The translations under genes and the position numbers were made by a program. The notes under the pieces were generated by a model, which saw only the letters and a list, made by a program, of their open reading frames with translations, searched no databases and was not told the DNA's origin. Positions 10,446 to 20,816 of a stretch of DNA of 26,209 bases are shown here, piece by piece (within the stretch, counting starts at the first letter, position 1; the number at the start of each line of letters is the position of its first letter). The DNA is from Tubiluchus corallicola (lineage: Eukaryota; Animalia; Priapulida): NCBI GenBank assembly GCA_030141605.1, contig JAQGDQ010001767.1:1-26209 (forward strand), written 5' to 3'.

Positions 10446-10600
10446 TACAACTATAGGGCAAGCGAAATGTCACAGGCCTTCCGTACGACTGGCACTGATC
10501 AGGAAGAACTCTCTTGCTTACATGTGTTTCAGCTGAGACGGGTGGTCACAGAAGTTTAGCTTTTACGTGCTGTTTGCTTGAAGCCGTGCGTAGGCTTCAC

Positions 10601-11375
10601 ATTCCAGTCAGTGACGTCACAAATACTCCAGTGAACTGAACACGTGTGAAGTTTATCTCTGGCAGAGGCACTTGGCGGGGGCTTCGTTAATAAACTAGGA
10701 TCACTGGGTGTCATTCGGTGAAGTACTCATGATGTCATCCGTGCGTTAGAGCTCATATACTGTATCATACACAATACTTTAGTACAATGTAGTATCTTAT
10801 GTACGTAGCTAAAGTACTTGCTACATGGCGGTTTCCATCCTACTGAGTTAAAGTGTTAAAAACAAGTTTGTACATTGACAATGTTTATCTTAAAATGAAA
10901 CTTAATGTTATTAATTTTTTAATTATATTTGATATTTACACATTAAAACAACATTTTCAATCATATGAAAATAAACTACTTAGTTAAAATCACAGAAGAA
11001 ACTGGCATTAAAAAGAAAAAACAATTCTGCATTTACTAATTTTATGTCAACAACCAGAAGTTTCCTTTCCTGGACTTCATCACTATGAACTTGTCATTTA
11101 CTTCATCAAAATTAATTACTTTTGCAACGTCACTTTCATCTGATAAAACTGCAAGATCAGATGACCTTGACTGTACCATCGTGTTAGAGTAGGTTTGGTA
11201 AAAGTATAGATATATGTAGCAAAGCAGAAGCAGAGACAGGAAGGAATTTCAGACATGAAATCCATCACATTGTTTACCCTACCCCCTCCATAATGCATTT
11301 ACGTTTATGGTGTCACCCCCAGGATGGTGACACCCGGTGCGACCTGCGCCCCCTAGTGACGCTACTGACTGGAAT
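10601..11375 (-). mobile_element. hAT transposon deletion derivative with transposase C-terminal remnant
   Basis: 11179->11042 translates MVQSRSSDLAVLSDESDVAKVINFDEVNDKFIVMKSRKGNFWLLT*, preceded by TYSNT, resembling the hAT dimerisation-domain end (TYLRSTM.QERL..LA.LSIE......DFD..ID.FA..K.RK). Terminus CCCCTAGTGACGCTACTG at 11367 with GGTGTCACCC-type subterminal motifs. Left boundary uncertain. Confidence 0.75.
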
Positions 11376-11523
11376 TGTCTCTGTATGTACAGACTTGAGG
11401 ACTGTTGTTTTTGCAGTAGTAATGAATTACCATCCAAGTCTAAACGGATGTACCACTTTTCTGCAAGGTATTTATGTAAGCGGAAGTGGCTATACAGCCT
11501 TTAGTGCTAATGTTGTCCGTTAA

Positions 11524-12062
11524 AGGAAAACCGGATGATTGTGTAGACATTAGTTCAGAATAAAGAATGCTCTAAAATATTGAAAACTATGAAAGCTTTT
11601 TTAAATCAAAGCTTAGGTTAAATAATAATTACCTCGGATACTCAAATTTCGTTAAACTTTCAAAGCTACGCATGGTTCAGTGAATCTTCTAAGATTGGCA
11701 GTGGCGCCTTTTTGTCACATTCGAGTGGCTGACTAATAGAAGATGATACTGTCATAACCATGATCATGAACTGCTGTGTTAGTATCATGACGTCATATGA
11801 TGTAAAGCCCATTTATGTGACATCTCACGTTTAAGCTCCACTGTAAAACTTAGGTTTGACGCACAGGGAAGATGCCTGTCATTGCACAAACTGTGGTTAG
11901 TTTCTGACGTAAGCAATAGCTGTGTTTGGCTGCCATTAATTAACTTTCTAAGCTAATTGTTCAAATATAAGGAACAATTATTAACTTTTATAGGCAAGAA
12001 AACGTATATTTTGGACTGTAATTTAAAATGAGGTTGAGTCTAAACAATCGTCTGGTCTTCCT
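11524..12062. mobile_element. Kolobok-like MITE with TTAA TSD and 25-bp TIRs
   Basis: TTAA at 11520-11523 and 12063-12066. Left TIR AGGAAAACCGGATGATTGTGTAGAC versus reverse complement of right TIR AGGAAGACCAGACGATTGTTTAGAC (21/25). Confidence 0.85.
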
Positions 12063-12194
12063 TTAAATAAGCAACAGCAAATAAATTTTGTCTTAGTTTT
12101 TCCTTCACCGCACAAATCGCACGAGTGTGCGGCACTATGCATAGAAACATTCATTCCTTCACAGATTTGCTTTCACATTTTCTTCCCTTTTCAG

Positions 12195-12297
12195 GACGGG
12201 GATGCGTCAACATCCAGACCTCCCAAGCCTTATCCAGGTGCAATTATTGACAGCATGAAAGCGCACGGCAAGGGAGTTTATTCAGGAACATTTTCAG
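12195..12297 (+). CDS. MIDN: Midnolin exon B (start of Catch2)
   Basis: Acceptor TTCTTCCCTTTTCAG, donor CAG|GTGAGA; 103 nt, phase 0/1. DGDASTSRPPKPYPGAIIDSMKAHGKGVYSGTFSG versus remembered human [22 protein letters not shown]. Confidence 0.93.
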
Positions 12298-12599
12298 GTG
12301 AGAATCACTGCCTCTGTTTCCAGTAACAATAACACAAGATTGACAAGATGCCCAGAACTTCTACATTTCCTGGGTAAACAGAGGTGCACCTGGACTTTTG
12401 TGTGAAGCTTGAAGTGTTGAGCTAAAGGGAGGTTCAGACGATCAGTTTTTATCGTCAAAGTTGTTTGTCAGTTTTAGTTTGACAAAATAGTTTGATCGTG
12501 TAAACAGCATAACTGACAAACTTTTTGTTTAACAAAGAAAGTGTTGATGGTAACAAACCGTATTGAATTCATCAAACAAAAACAGACAACAAGTCATAC

Positions 12600-12894
12600 T
12601 GTACGTGTACCTTTTAAAAAACTTTACTTACATGTTCATAAAAATGTTTTATGTCGAGCAGATGATAATGGTAATTATTTATGATTTATAATATTATTTT
12701 AATGTTAAAATTAATGTTTTTAATATATTTTTGTACATTTTGCGATTTTTTTATGCAAAATTCATCAAATCTATACATTACTGTACTATATGTACTGCGC
12801 ATGTGCAAAAATACTTTAGACGGAGTACCGCAAAAACCCGCGAAACAGTGAGAATACCGCGATAAACGAACCGCAAAGTAGCGAGGGAACACTG
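12600..12894. mobile_element. Tc1/mariner-pogo (Tigger-like) MITE, right end only
   Basis: Ends CGAACCGCAAAGTAGCGAGGGAACACTG-TA (12894) with repeated ACCGC(G/A)A subterminal motifs. Matching left TIR not found; start approximate. Confidence 0.5.
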
Positions 12895-13078
12895 TAGTTC
12901 AGAAAGTGTCTATCTTAGTCAGTGATTAAAGTTTTGGTACAAATATGACACATTGCTGCACTATTGGCTTAGCAAATAACAACAAAAAAATTCATTTTAG
13001 CAACACTCTATCACTATTTTTATGCTGCTGTACATTTTGCTTCTGTTTTTTGTTTAATTCTCTAATTTTCCTCTCTAG

Positions 13079-13270
13079 GCACTTTAAATCCAAGCTTAAC
13101 AGACAAAAGAGGGCGTCCTAAACGGAGCGTTTCGACAGTTATACACATACTGAATGATCTGCTTGGAGCTTCGCCTAGACAGACTAGCGAGACGAACGGC
13201 ATTTTACATAGGAAGACGCAAGCACTCAACTGCAAGCCTAGTAAAATTCATAAACTACAACCAAAGAGAG
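13079..13270 (+). CDS. MIDN: Midnolin exon C (Catch2)
   Basis: Acceptor TTTTCCTCTCTAG, donor GAG|GTAATT; 192 nt, phase 1/1. GTLNPSLTDKRGRPKRSVSTVIHILNDLL versus remembered human [29 protein letters not shown]. Confidence 0.93.
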
Positions 13271-14033
13271 GTAATTGACAGATAGAATTTTCCATTTCTT
13301 TCCTTTCATAATAAAAGTGCTTTCCCAGTTTCACTGAGCTCATGCGCAGTTGCTGCAGGTCAAAGGTCAAGTGTAAACTACAAGAGTCACATGACTTGTG
13401 GGTAAAACAAAACCGTCTGCCACACAGTTCAGTAACTTCAGTTGTTTTACGTGAACTTTACTTAATTATGCATTAATCTGCACGTAGAATGATTTACTAG
13501 CAGGATCTTGCTTAGGAACAAGAAAAAATGAACTAGGTAACTGTTAAAACTGTTACGCTTACAATAGTTTGGACTGCGTTTCGTTGTCAAGCGTACACAA
13601 ATGCATTGTCTTTTACACTTGACCTTTGACCTTTTCACGATGATCAACAATCGCTGGAACTGTGAAAAGACTTGTTACGACATTTGGGCTTGCATTTGCA
13701 TGCTCTGAAGTTGTTATGTTGCGCCATCTATTGAGCAAAAGCAAAATTACCAACACTGCTGCCATCTAGTACTAATGTTTTTAATTTGTATTCTGAATAT
13801 GCAACACTCTGTCAAAATGTCACAAGAGCTCAATGCATTGATCACATCAACCTTTCTGATATAATCAATTAAAAATCAATATTATTGATTCAAGACCTCA
13901 GTTGTCCTAGCAGTTCCCATTCCACCTATATGTATATTTCCATCTTTTCACTCTTGCCTTATCCTGAGTACCTAGTGATTGTGCTTCCATCTTGTGTGAA
14001 ATAATTCAGTTTACTGGCACTTCAAAGCATTTA

Positions 14034-14451
14034 CACTCATATATCGGTTTGCCGGACCTCCCTTATACAGATACCGGAAGAATCGGACAAAATCTGGACC
14101 GTTAAAAAGCCCCGCATACTACGGACACAGTCGTTGTTTTGCGAATTGACCGCTAGGTGGCGGGCCGTCAGTTTATTTACATCACATACATCGGTGTAAC
14201 CACGTGTATATCTCTATATATAAAAATATAGAATCAATTGTGCGAAGTTATTTGAGTCAATTGCCGACAGTTTTTATATACTTTTACATAGGAGACTAGA
14301 CATTTTTGAGTCTATTAAGCGATTGATTCTACATTACAGTGAGTCTAAATACACGGCGTTTACTGGATTAGCTTAATATCCGTAATACGGACAATGTGCA
14401 AATTCAGACCGACATCTCCCTGCTTTTGTCCGGCAAACCGAGACATGAGTG
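14034..14451. mobile_element. TA-flanked MITE (418 bp) with 24-bp TIRs
   Basis: TA-CACTCATATATCGGTTTGCCGGAC (14032-14057) and GTCCGGCAAACCGAGACATGAGTG-TA (14428-14453) are inverted with 2 mismatches; internal CGGACA motifs. Confidence 0.85.
14150..14162 (+). promoter_or_regulatory. CTCF-like motif inside the MITE
   Basis: CCGCTAGGTGGCG matches the CCRSYAGRKGGCR core. Confidence 0.45.
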
Positions 14452-14490
14452 TATTATTAAAAACGTTAATTTAAAACTGTTTAGAAACAT

Positions 14491-14545
14491 GTCCAAACGT
14501 GTCAACAGCAATCAGCTGTCATCATCAGTCGTACACTATACAAAC
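14491..14545 (-). ncRNA. Degenerate Penelope-type minimal hammerhead ribozyme, minus-strand copy
   Basis: Minus strand reads cga-CTGATGA-T-GACAGC-tgatt-GCTGTT-GACAC-GTT-tgg; the GAAA core is mutated to GACA. Confidence 0.55.
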
Positions 14546-14652
14546 AATAAACATTTAATATAGGCAGAGCCTACAGTATAGCAAATTATGCAATAATTAT
14601 GTATTTACAAAGAAGACAAAGTAATGAATAAACAGACCCGTAGAAAATAAAT

Positions 14653-14860
14653 ACAGTATCAGATAGCTAAGTGTTTGTAAATAAAATTAATGGAATTGAA
14701 CTACTTTGTACATTAAGAGGCTTATTAGGGTAAAAAGATAAACTTTCTTTTATTAAACAGTATCAGATAACTAAGCGTTTGAAAATAAAGTTAATGGAAT
14801 TGAACTGCTTTGTACATTAAGAGTCTTATTAGGGTGCATAGATAAACTTTCTTTTATTAA
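14653..14860. repeat. 104-bp tandem duplication
   Basis: ACAGTATCAGATA...GATAAACTTTCTTTTATTAA at 14653 and 14757. Confidence 0.9.
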
Positions 14861-14988
14861 TAAGTCCCAGTCATTTGTATCTCTAGTCACGAGAAAGCCA
14901 GAGGCACAAATATGGTCATTAATGCTAAATCGAGGAGAATTTTTCAATTTCTTGCCAATTCTAAACTACTAGTAGTTTGTATAGTATA

Positions 14989-15027
14989 CCACTGATGATG
15001 ATGGCTGATTGCTGTCGAAACATTTGG
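14989..15027 (+). ncRNA. Penelope-type minimal hammerhead ribozyme motif, plus-strand copy (probably impaired)
   Basis: cca-CTGATGA(14992-14998)-T-GATGGC-tgatt-GCTGTC-GAAAC(15017-15021)-ATT-tgg: both conserved cores intact, stem II pairs with two G-U, stem I cca/tgg. Confidence 0.6.
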
Positions 15028-15145
15028 ACGTGGTTTTTAAACAGTTGTAAATTAAATTTTTAATAAAACTCGTGTAGTTTTAATAAGTATTCATTTTTCT
15101 TTTATCTACATTTTTCTTGATTTCATTAGAGCTCGTTTTTTTCAG

Positions 15146-15369
15146 ATGTGCAGCTAAAGAGTAACAGCGAGGAAGAAAATAAGAACCTGAAAGGGAAAAT
15201 TCAGCAACTGCAACTGATGATGGAAGAACGCAAACTCAAGCGACAAATGCGCCGGAGAGCCAGAGCCCCCTACATGGTTGTAAGCAAAGCTTCTATGAAT
15301 AGCGGTCAAGTGAACGTGGAACCTTTAGAAGCAGACGGTGACCAACAGTCCGAGGTCGTGACCGTCTGA
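15146..15369 (+). CDS. MIDN: Midnolin terminal exon (C-terminal basic helix) to TGA
   Basis: Acceptor TTTTTTTCAG at 15145, phase 1. EENKNLKGKIQQLQLMMEERKLKRQMRRRARAPY versus remembered human ENRATRCKVERLQLLLQQKRLRRKARRDARGPY. The four exons total 873 nt = 290 aa + stop. Confidence 0.92.
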
Positions 15370-15380
15370 TAGTGCTGAGA

Positions 15381-15750
15381 TGTTTATCAAATGACAGTGA
15401 ACATTGAAGATGGTGTGTTTTGCGCGATCAGTGCAAGATTGCTCGTTTTGCAGTTTGGAGAATGTATTTCGTTAAGCAGCAGATTTCACGCGATTTAAGT
15501 TTTTGTTATCAAATGACAATGAACATCAAAGGTGGCATGTTTTGCGCAATCAGTGCAAGATTGCTCATTTTGCAGTTTAGTGAATGTATTTCGTTAAGCA
15601 GCAGATGTCATAAGACTTACGTTTTTGTTATCAAATGACAGTAATCATCATGAATGGCATGTTTTATGGGATCAGTGCAAGATTGCTCATTTTGCAGTTG
15701 GGTGAATATATTTCATCGAAGTAGCAGACATCGCAAGACTCAAGTTTTTG
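15381..15750 (+). repeat. 122-bp tandem triplication at the start of the midnolin 3' UTR
   Basis: TTATCAAATGACA at 15384, 15506 and 15628, each followed by ATCAGTGCAAGATTGCTC.TTTTGCAGTT. Confidence 0.9.
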
Positions 15751-16013
15751 CTGTCGTCCCGTGACACGTAAGAAGAGCTTGTTAAATTGCTGCAGCGAAG
15801 TCTTTAGAACTTTCGCAAGAGGTTCAAACTTGACTTAAATCATTTCTCAAGTTTTTTTGCAGTTACATAATGTTTATCAACAAAATAATCAGGTTTGCAG
15901 TTCACATGTAATCAGCTGTGCGTTACGAAGTGTTCAGATTTTTCTTTCTTCCTTACCAGTTTGCTGTTACGATCAGTACAGATGCGGTGTCATTTCTATA
16001 CGTAACGCATTAC

Positions 16014-16019
16014 AATAAA
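16014..16019 (+). promoter_or_regulatory. Candidate midnolin polyadenylation signal
   Basis: First AATAAA I found downstream of the stop codon (about 645 nt). Confidence 0.35.
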
Positions 16020-16115
16020 TGTTGCTGAAATTGTATAGAAAAATTTGTTCCAAACGATAATGCGAAAATGTAGTCTAATTCTGAGTTATGGGGAGTGAGG
16101 TTTTCAGCTTTAAAA

Positions 16116-16350
16116 CAGTGGTTCCTAACCTTGGGGTACGAAAGTTATGTCATGTTGTTTTCTTGCATTGTAACGTGTCAGAATGTTCTTTCTTGCCATA
16201 CAGTGTACGGAGTACGAATTTTACGGGATTAACGACCTCGTGGTGTGAGGAAAGAGGGCCTACTGGGCCCCAAAACCCCCGGTCAGTTTTTTGAAATTTA
16301 TCATTGAAATTTAAAATGGCAGTTGAGCGGTAACAGGTTAGGAACCACTG
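16116..16350. mobile_element. hAT/Charlie-like MITE with perfect 16-bp TIRs
   Basis: CAGTGGTTCCTAACCT (16116-16131) and AGGTTAGGAACCACTG (16335-16350). The 8-bp flanks CTTTAAAA and AGTTACAG match only 4/8. Confidence 0.75.
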
Positions 16351-17866
16351 AGTTACAGCAAAGCTTGACGTGATCATATTTATCAATAATAGGAAAGGTA
16401 AAAATGTACATAATTATATTACGATGTAATTATACACTTAGTGAATTTGGAAATTTCTGTTTATGAACTTCTATTATTAGTTGGTAGGCACAACTACAAT
16501 ATATAGTTTCAGGTTGCATAGGGATAGAATTGTATGCAATGTAAATAATAATGTATAGATGTAATCAAACATAGGTGGCTCTGTGGTTGACCATGTTGTT
16601 GAGAATGATGAGTATGAATAAATTTACTTGTTTGCATAATATTACCCTATCTGTGTTTTCTTTTTCTTAATTATAACGAACTTTAGCATTTTTTAACTCC
16701 ATGTTGCCATAGTGATGGACGGTTTTGAAATTTTCTAATTTGATTACAATCTTGTTCTTGTAACTCGATATCACGATTAATCTTTCTTTTCTTTTGCGGT
16801 AATTAGTGTTTTAGCCATAATTTTCAATGACTATAGTAAAATACGGCCTGTAAATTTCTTCATGGCTTTCGTCTGTGTCATTTTCGTACTAGCAAACTAT
16901 TTTGATAGATACATACATTCATTTATCGTGACGCTAAAGTTGTCGCTGGGGTGTTTTGGAGAGAGTCAACAACCGACATTGTCAGGTTTATCAGACTGTT
17001 TTTTAGTTGCGATAATCGTGTTAAACAGAAGAAATCACTGGATGAAAATTAACTTTGTGATCTGTATTGTATTCGATATCATAATCTCATTGTCAATCCA
17101 CATATACACGAAAATAAACAGTAATAAACAAATGTTAAAGTAAATACTTCAGCCAATATATCATGGCACCTGAGTCTAAAAACGTTATAATAATCAAACA
17201 ACTGTTTAAGCCTGTTGCTTGTCCTGTGTCTTGCTACCAAGTCAAGAGTCGTAGTTATTCACAGAGAAGCCAAGTAACCCAGTTCCATACAAACATATAG
17301 CAGTAGCAAGTACATACATATATTGGAAACTTCCAAGTGTACAAACAGATGTCAGCACTGACTTAGTGGTAATGAAAAACTAAAGTTTAAAACTACAAAT
17401 CAAAATTATTAATAAACTGTAAATTAAATGCTCGCATCTACGACATCATTAATTACTCTAGTACCATGTCATCTACATGCATCACGTGAAAACACACAAG
17501 CCCCAGTTTGCAATTGTGTAAGGTGAGAATAGCCGAAATTGTATCAGACCGAGAGTGTATTTAGATCTATACTTTTTCACATATTTTTATGGATTATTGC
17601 TACACATTCAGTGCAAACGGTATGTAGGAAGCTCCTTCGGTGAAGTGAGATGTATGTAACTGCGGAAACCGAGCTGTTCGAAGGCCGAGCTTGCAAAAAA
17701 TTGAGGTTCAAAATCGATCAATTTCACTTTGATCACAGAGTCCCTTATACGCGAGGTAATTTACCCGGGTTTCTATTACGCGGGACCTGAAGATATCGTC
17801 CCCTATAACCGAAAGTCCCTGATATCCGAGTACCTTATATACAAAGATTTTTACATAGGAAAAACG

Positions 17867-17948
17867 ATATATATATATATATATATATCATTTCATATCT
17901 ACAAGTGCAGTATACGTGCTGATATATATATATATATGTATATATATG
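17867..17948. repeat. (TA)n microsatellites
   Basis: Two TA runs at about 17867-17888 and 17922-17948. Confidence 0.85.
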
Positions 17949-19103
17949 ATGAAATGGAGTTTTAATCCACCGTGAATGTATCTGTAGTACGTGTAAAAAG
18001 GGGTGTAAACAAAAATGATACAAATGCAGAAAAATGAGTGGCAATACCGGAAATCATAGTAATTTCTATTGCAACATTTATTTGATGTATCAACACCCAG
18101 AAAGTTCGCATTCTGCCGGATTTTGCCTTTTGCAGGTCTATAGGAGTAAGCAAGAGCTAACCGTTCACAGACAGAAGTACGGGTATTACTGTAGCAAACA
18201 TTTTAGGACCTAAAACTTACGATAACAATCTTTTTGTCAGCTCTGCAAAAAATAACTTTTTTTAAGATATGAGAGGAACCTCTTAAAACTTCGAAACCAG
18301 TTTACACAACCACTAATTATTCACCACACCGTAATTTAAAGCCATTTTCGAATTACTGCAGATATACACTAGACAGGCGTCTATGTCTAAACTGGGATGG
18401 CACTTAATAAAAGAAATCACACATTAAAAATGAGGTATACAAAATGCAGTGTTGTCGCTTATTGTACAGACTACGCGATTTTAGTATTATGTGACCCATT
18501 TAATTGTCAGTCTACTACACTAAGCACTGAATTAGTCTATGCTGCCATCTACAGTCGTTGTTTTACTCTAATTGTACAAAGTTTGTCAGAGATTGATTTT
18601 TGTTTCTAAATATTGTTTCCTTTTGCTTTTATAGATATTCATTAATCAGAGTAATTAGATTGTTAATTTCATGCTTTAATTCTGGTTCTAACTCTCTTAT
18701 TTAAGTTTAAATAGAGAAAAATTATAACATTATAACACAGCTTTCTGTAAACCAATAATCTTTATCTGCTATCAAAGAAGCCAAGTAGACTTTGATTTTG
18801 GTTTGACTAGTAGTCTGTAGAGTATAGGTGACCTTTCCATTTATGGTCTGTATGCATGAATGTGATGTACCTTCCAATAGGAACTTGTATGTCTGGTCAT
18901 GTGATTACAACTTTATTCTCCCAGGCATGCAAGTTTCAGTTGATCTAGAGAAGCATTGAGAAAGGATGCAAATTTTCTACTGTTAAATATCATATTGCTT
19001 ACTTTATGACTGTTTGTTCAATTTTGTGATTGAGGTGAACATTGTATACGTTTTACAATAAAATGATTGCAAATATCTACAAGTGTTATCATAAAAACTA
19101 ATG

Positions 19104-20816
19104 TTATTGAGTCAGTCTAACACAGATCCTGACAACTAAAGCGACTACGAGAACCAAGAAAGTAACTAGCAAACTAGTCCTGCTAATAGAATTTATATTC
19201 ACTTGAAATGCATTTTGCGAGTCACAAACTTTTTCATCACGAGTTTTCGCCCCGCGGCTCTGTGCACCAGATACCTGCCCGAGTTCAGCCGGTTTACACA
19301 AAGATGGGCTGCCAAGATGATGTAGCACTTTTCCCTCCATTGAATATTTCCCGGCACTCACTATTTCAACTTCAACCATTTTGCCCATTAGCTCTTCGTC
19401 AATCGGTATGATAACTTGCTCGTAAAATTTGTTATGTCCTACGTAATGTTTTTTGTCGAATGAAATTTCCGTCACCAGAATTCGCTGTACCTGTCCGACT
19501 TTATGTTCGTACGGTTTATAAGTGTGGAAAAGCTCATAAGCAGCTTTGGTACGACGTTTTACTTCCCGGGGCGGCACTCTCGTCATTTTAGCAGCCGGTG
19601 TACCAGGACGTGGATAAAACTGATTGATAAATAAACTTGGAAACTTATACTCTTCCACAAGACTCATTGTCTCCATGAAATCTTCATCTGTCTCGGTCGG
19701 AAAACCGCAGATAATGTCGGTAGCAACGGTTAAACCGGGTACCTTTTCTTTGAGGAAGTCGACAACGTGTTTGAAGTCGGCTCTGCAATATTCGCGTTTC
19801 ATATCCATGAGAACAGAATCGCTACCCGACTGCACGGGCACATGAAGAAACGAATACACGCGCGGATGGTTTAGCAGTTTTGCCATTTCATCTAGATGCT
19901 CTAGTATGTATGGAGGATTTGTCATGCCTACTCGCATCATTGCGCCATCTGGTATCACTTCTACTATTCTCCACAGCAATTCTGGCAACGACGCACCGAT
20001 ATCCCGTCCGTATGCTCCCGTGTCTTCAGAAGTGAGCCAGATTTCGCAAACTCCTTCGGCAAAAGCTTCTTTAGCTCTTTCTCTAAGTTGCTCTATTGTG
20101 TAGCTACCAAGTTCTCCACGAGCGTGTTTAGTCTTGCAGTACGTGCACTGATTCAGGCACCCTGTACTGATTGCTAATATTTCGATCAGCGGATTTTTCC
20201 GTATCTTAGGTAAGCTAAGTTGTGCCCCTCCACTTTTCTTCCCTTGCTGTTTCTTCTGTCCAAGAAGTCTAACTGTATGTCCTTTTAATGTTTCCTCAAC
20301 TACTTCCACAATCCTATCAATCTGTTGCACACCAATGATGCTCAAGCCATTAAGGTATTTCTGCTTTGGAGCAGCTTGCGAAACACACCCGGCCAAAATG
20401 ACATATTTTCCTATATCGGAACCTTCCTTGATCGCATTCCGGAAATGGTCCTCAGCAGGTCCTTTGACAGTGCAACTGTTCAACAACCATACTTTGGCTT
20501 CATGTTTATTATGAACAATATTATAACCATAACTAGCTAACATGCCAGCCATGTATTCGCTGTCTGAGTTATTGTGGGCACACCCCCAAGTACGCACCCA
20601 CACTGCTTGCTTCTCCGGTAATTGTGCACATTCATTGACGCCACTATTTTCCAGGTTATCGGCACCATCACCTCCTCTCTCTCTTCTGTCTTTTAAGCTA
20701 GTTAACTGGTTTTTTGGTAAAATATACTTTTTGAGTACGTAAACATCATTTGGCTTCAAACTTTGTGGTTTAATCAAATCTTCAATATCGTCAATATTGC
20801 AACTGGAGAATGGCAT
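19104..20816 (-). CDS. CDKAL1: Threonylcarbamoyladenosine tRNA methylthiotransferase (CDKAL1, e-MtaB), uninterrupted 570-aa CDS
   Basis: N-terminal DDIEDLI; UPF0004 motifs [22 protein letters not shown] and AGCV; radical-SAM CLNQCTYC; [49 protein letters not shown]; TRAM-like region; hydrophobic C-terminal tail anchor [14 protein letters not shown]. Candidate poly(A) signal at 18912-18917. Confidence 0.97.
   Translation of the reverse strand: MPFSSCNIDDIEDLIKPQSLKPNDVYVLKKYILPKNQLTSLKDRRERGGDGADNLENSGVNECAQLPEKQAVWVRTWGCAHNNSDSEYMAGMLASYGYNIVHNKHEAKVWLLNSCTVKGPAEDHFRNAIKEGSDIGKYVILAGCVSQAAPKQKYLNGLSIIGVQQIDRIVEVVEETLKGHTVRLLGQKKQQGKKSGGAQLSLPKIRKNPLIEILAISTGCLNQCTYCKTKHARGELGSYTIEQLRERAKEAFAEGVCEIWLTSEDTGAYGRDIGASLPELLWRIVEVIPDGAMMRVGMTNPPYILEHLDEMAKLLNHPRVYSFLHVPVQSGSDSVLMDMKREYCRADFKHVVDFLKEKVPGLTVATDIICGFPTETDEDFMETMSLVEEYKFPSLFINQFYPRPGTPAAKMTRVPPREVKRRTKAAYELFHTYKPYEHKVGQVQRILVTEISFDKKHYVGHNKFYEQVIIPIDEELMGKMVEVEIVSAGKYSMEGKVLHHLGSPSLCKPAELGQVSGAQSRGAKTRDEKVCDSQNAFQVNINSISRTSLLVTFLVLVVALVVRICVRLTQ

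Noticed and set aside
10457-10498. Extra midnolin exon after TTTTTACAACTATAG
   Set aside because: In the required phase 0 it reads GKRNVTGLPYDWH*. Exons A and B already join in frame. A poison exon cannot be excluded but has no support.
9334-10559. Duplicated 65-aa ORFs and neighbours as small proteins
   Set aside because: Products of the 163/167-bp satellite.
15367-15430. SECIS-like ATGA..AA..GA after the midnolin TGA
   Set aside because: Poor helix pairing, too close to the TGA, the TGA is followed immediately by TAG, and the 3' GA is lost in the second repeat copy.
17783-17820. Hammerhead-like CTGAAGA...GAAA
   Set aside because: No stem II pairing and no room for stem III or a cleavage triplet; it lies in what looks like a DNA-transposon remnant.
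19208-20742. Five short plus-strand ORFs
   Set aside because: Antisense shadows of the CDKAL1 CDS.
19104-20816. Bacterial MiaB/MtaB by horizontal transfer or contamination
   Set aside because: It has the eukaryotic CDKAL1 N-terminal DDIED motif, TWGCxHNNSD and a C-terminal tail anchor, and it sits in animal repeat-rich DNA.
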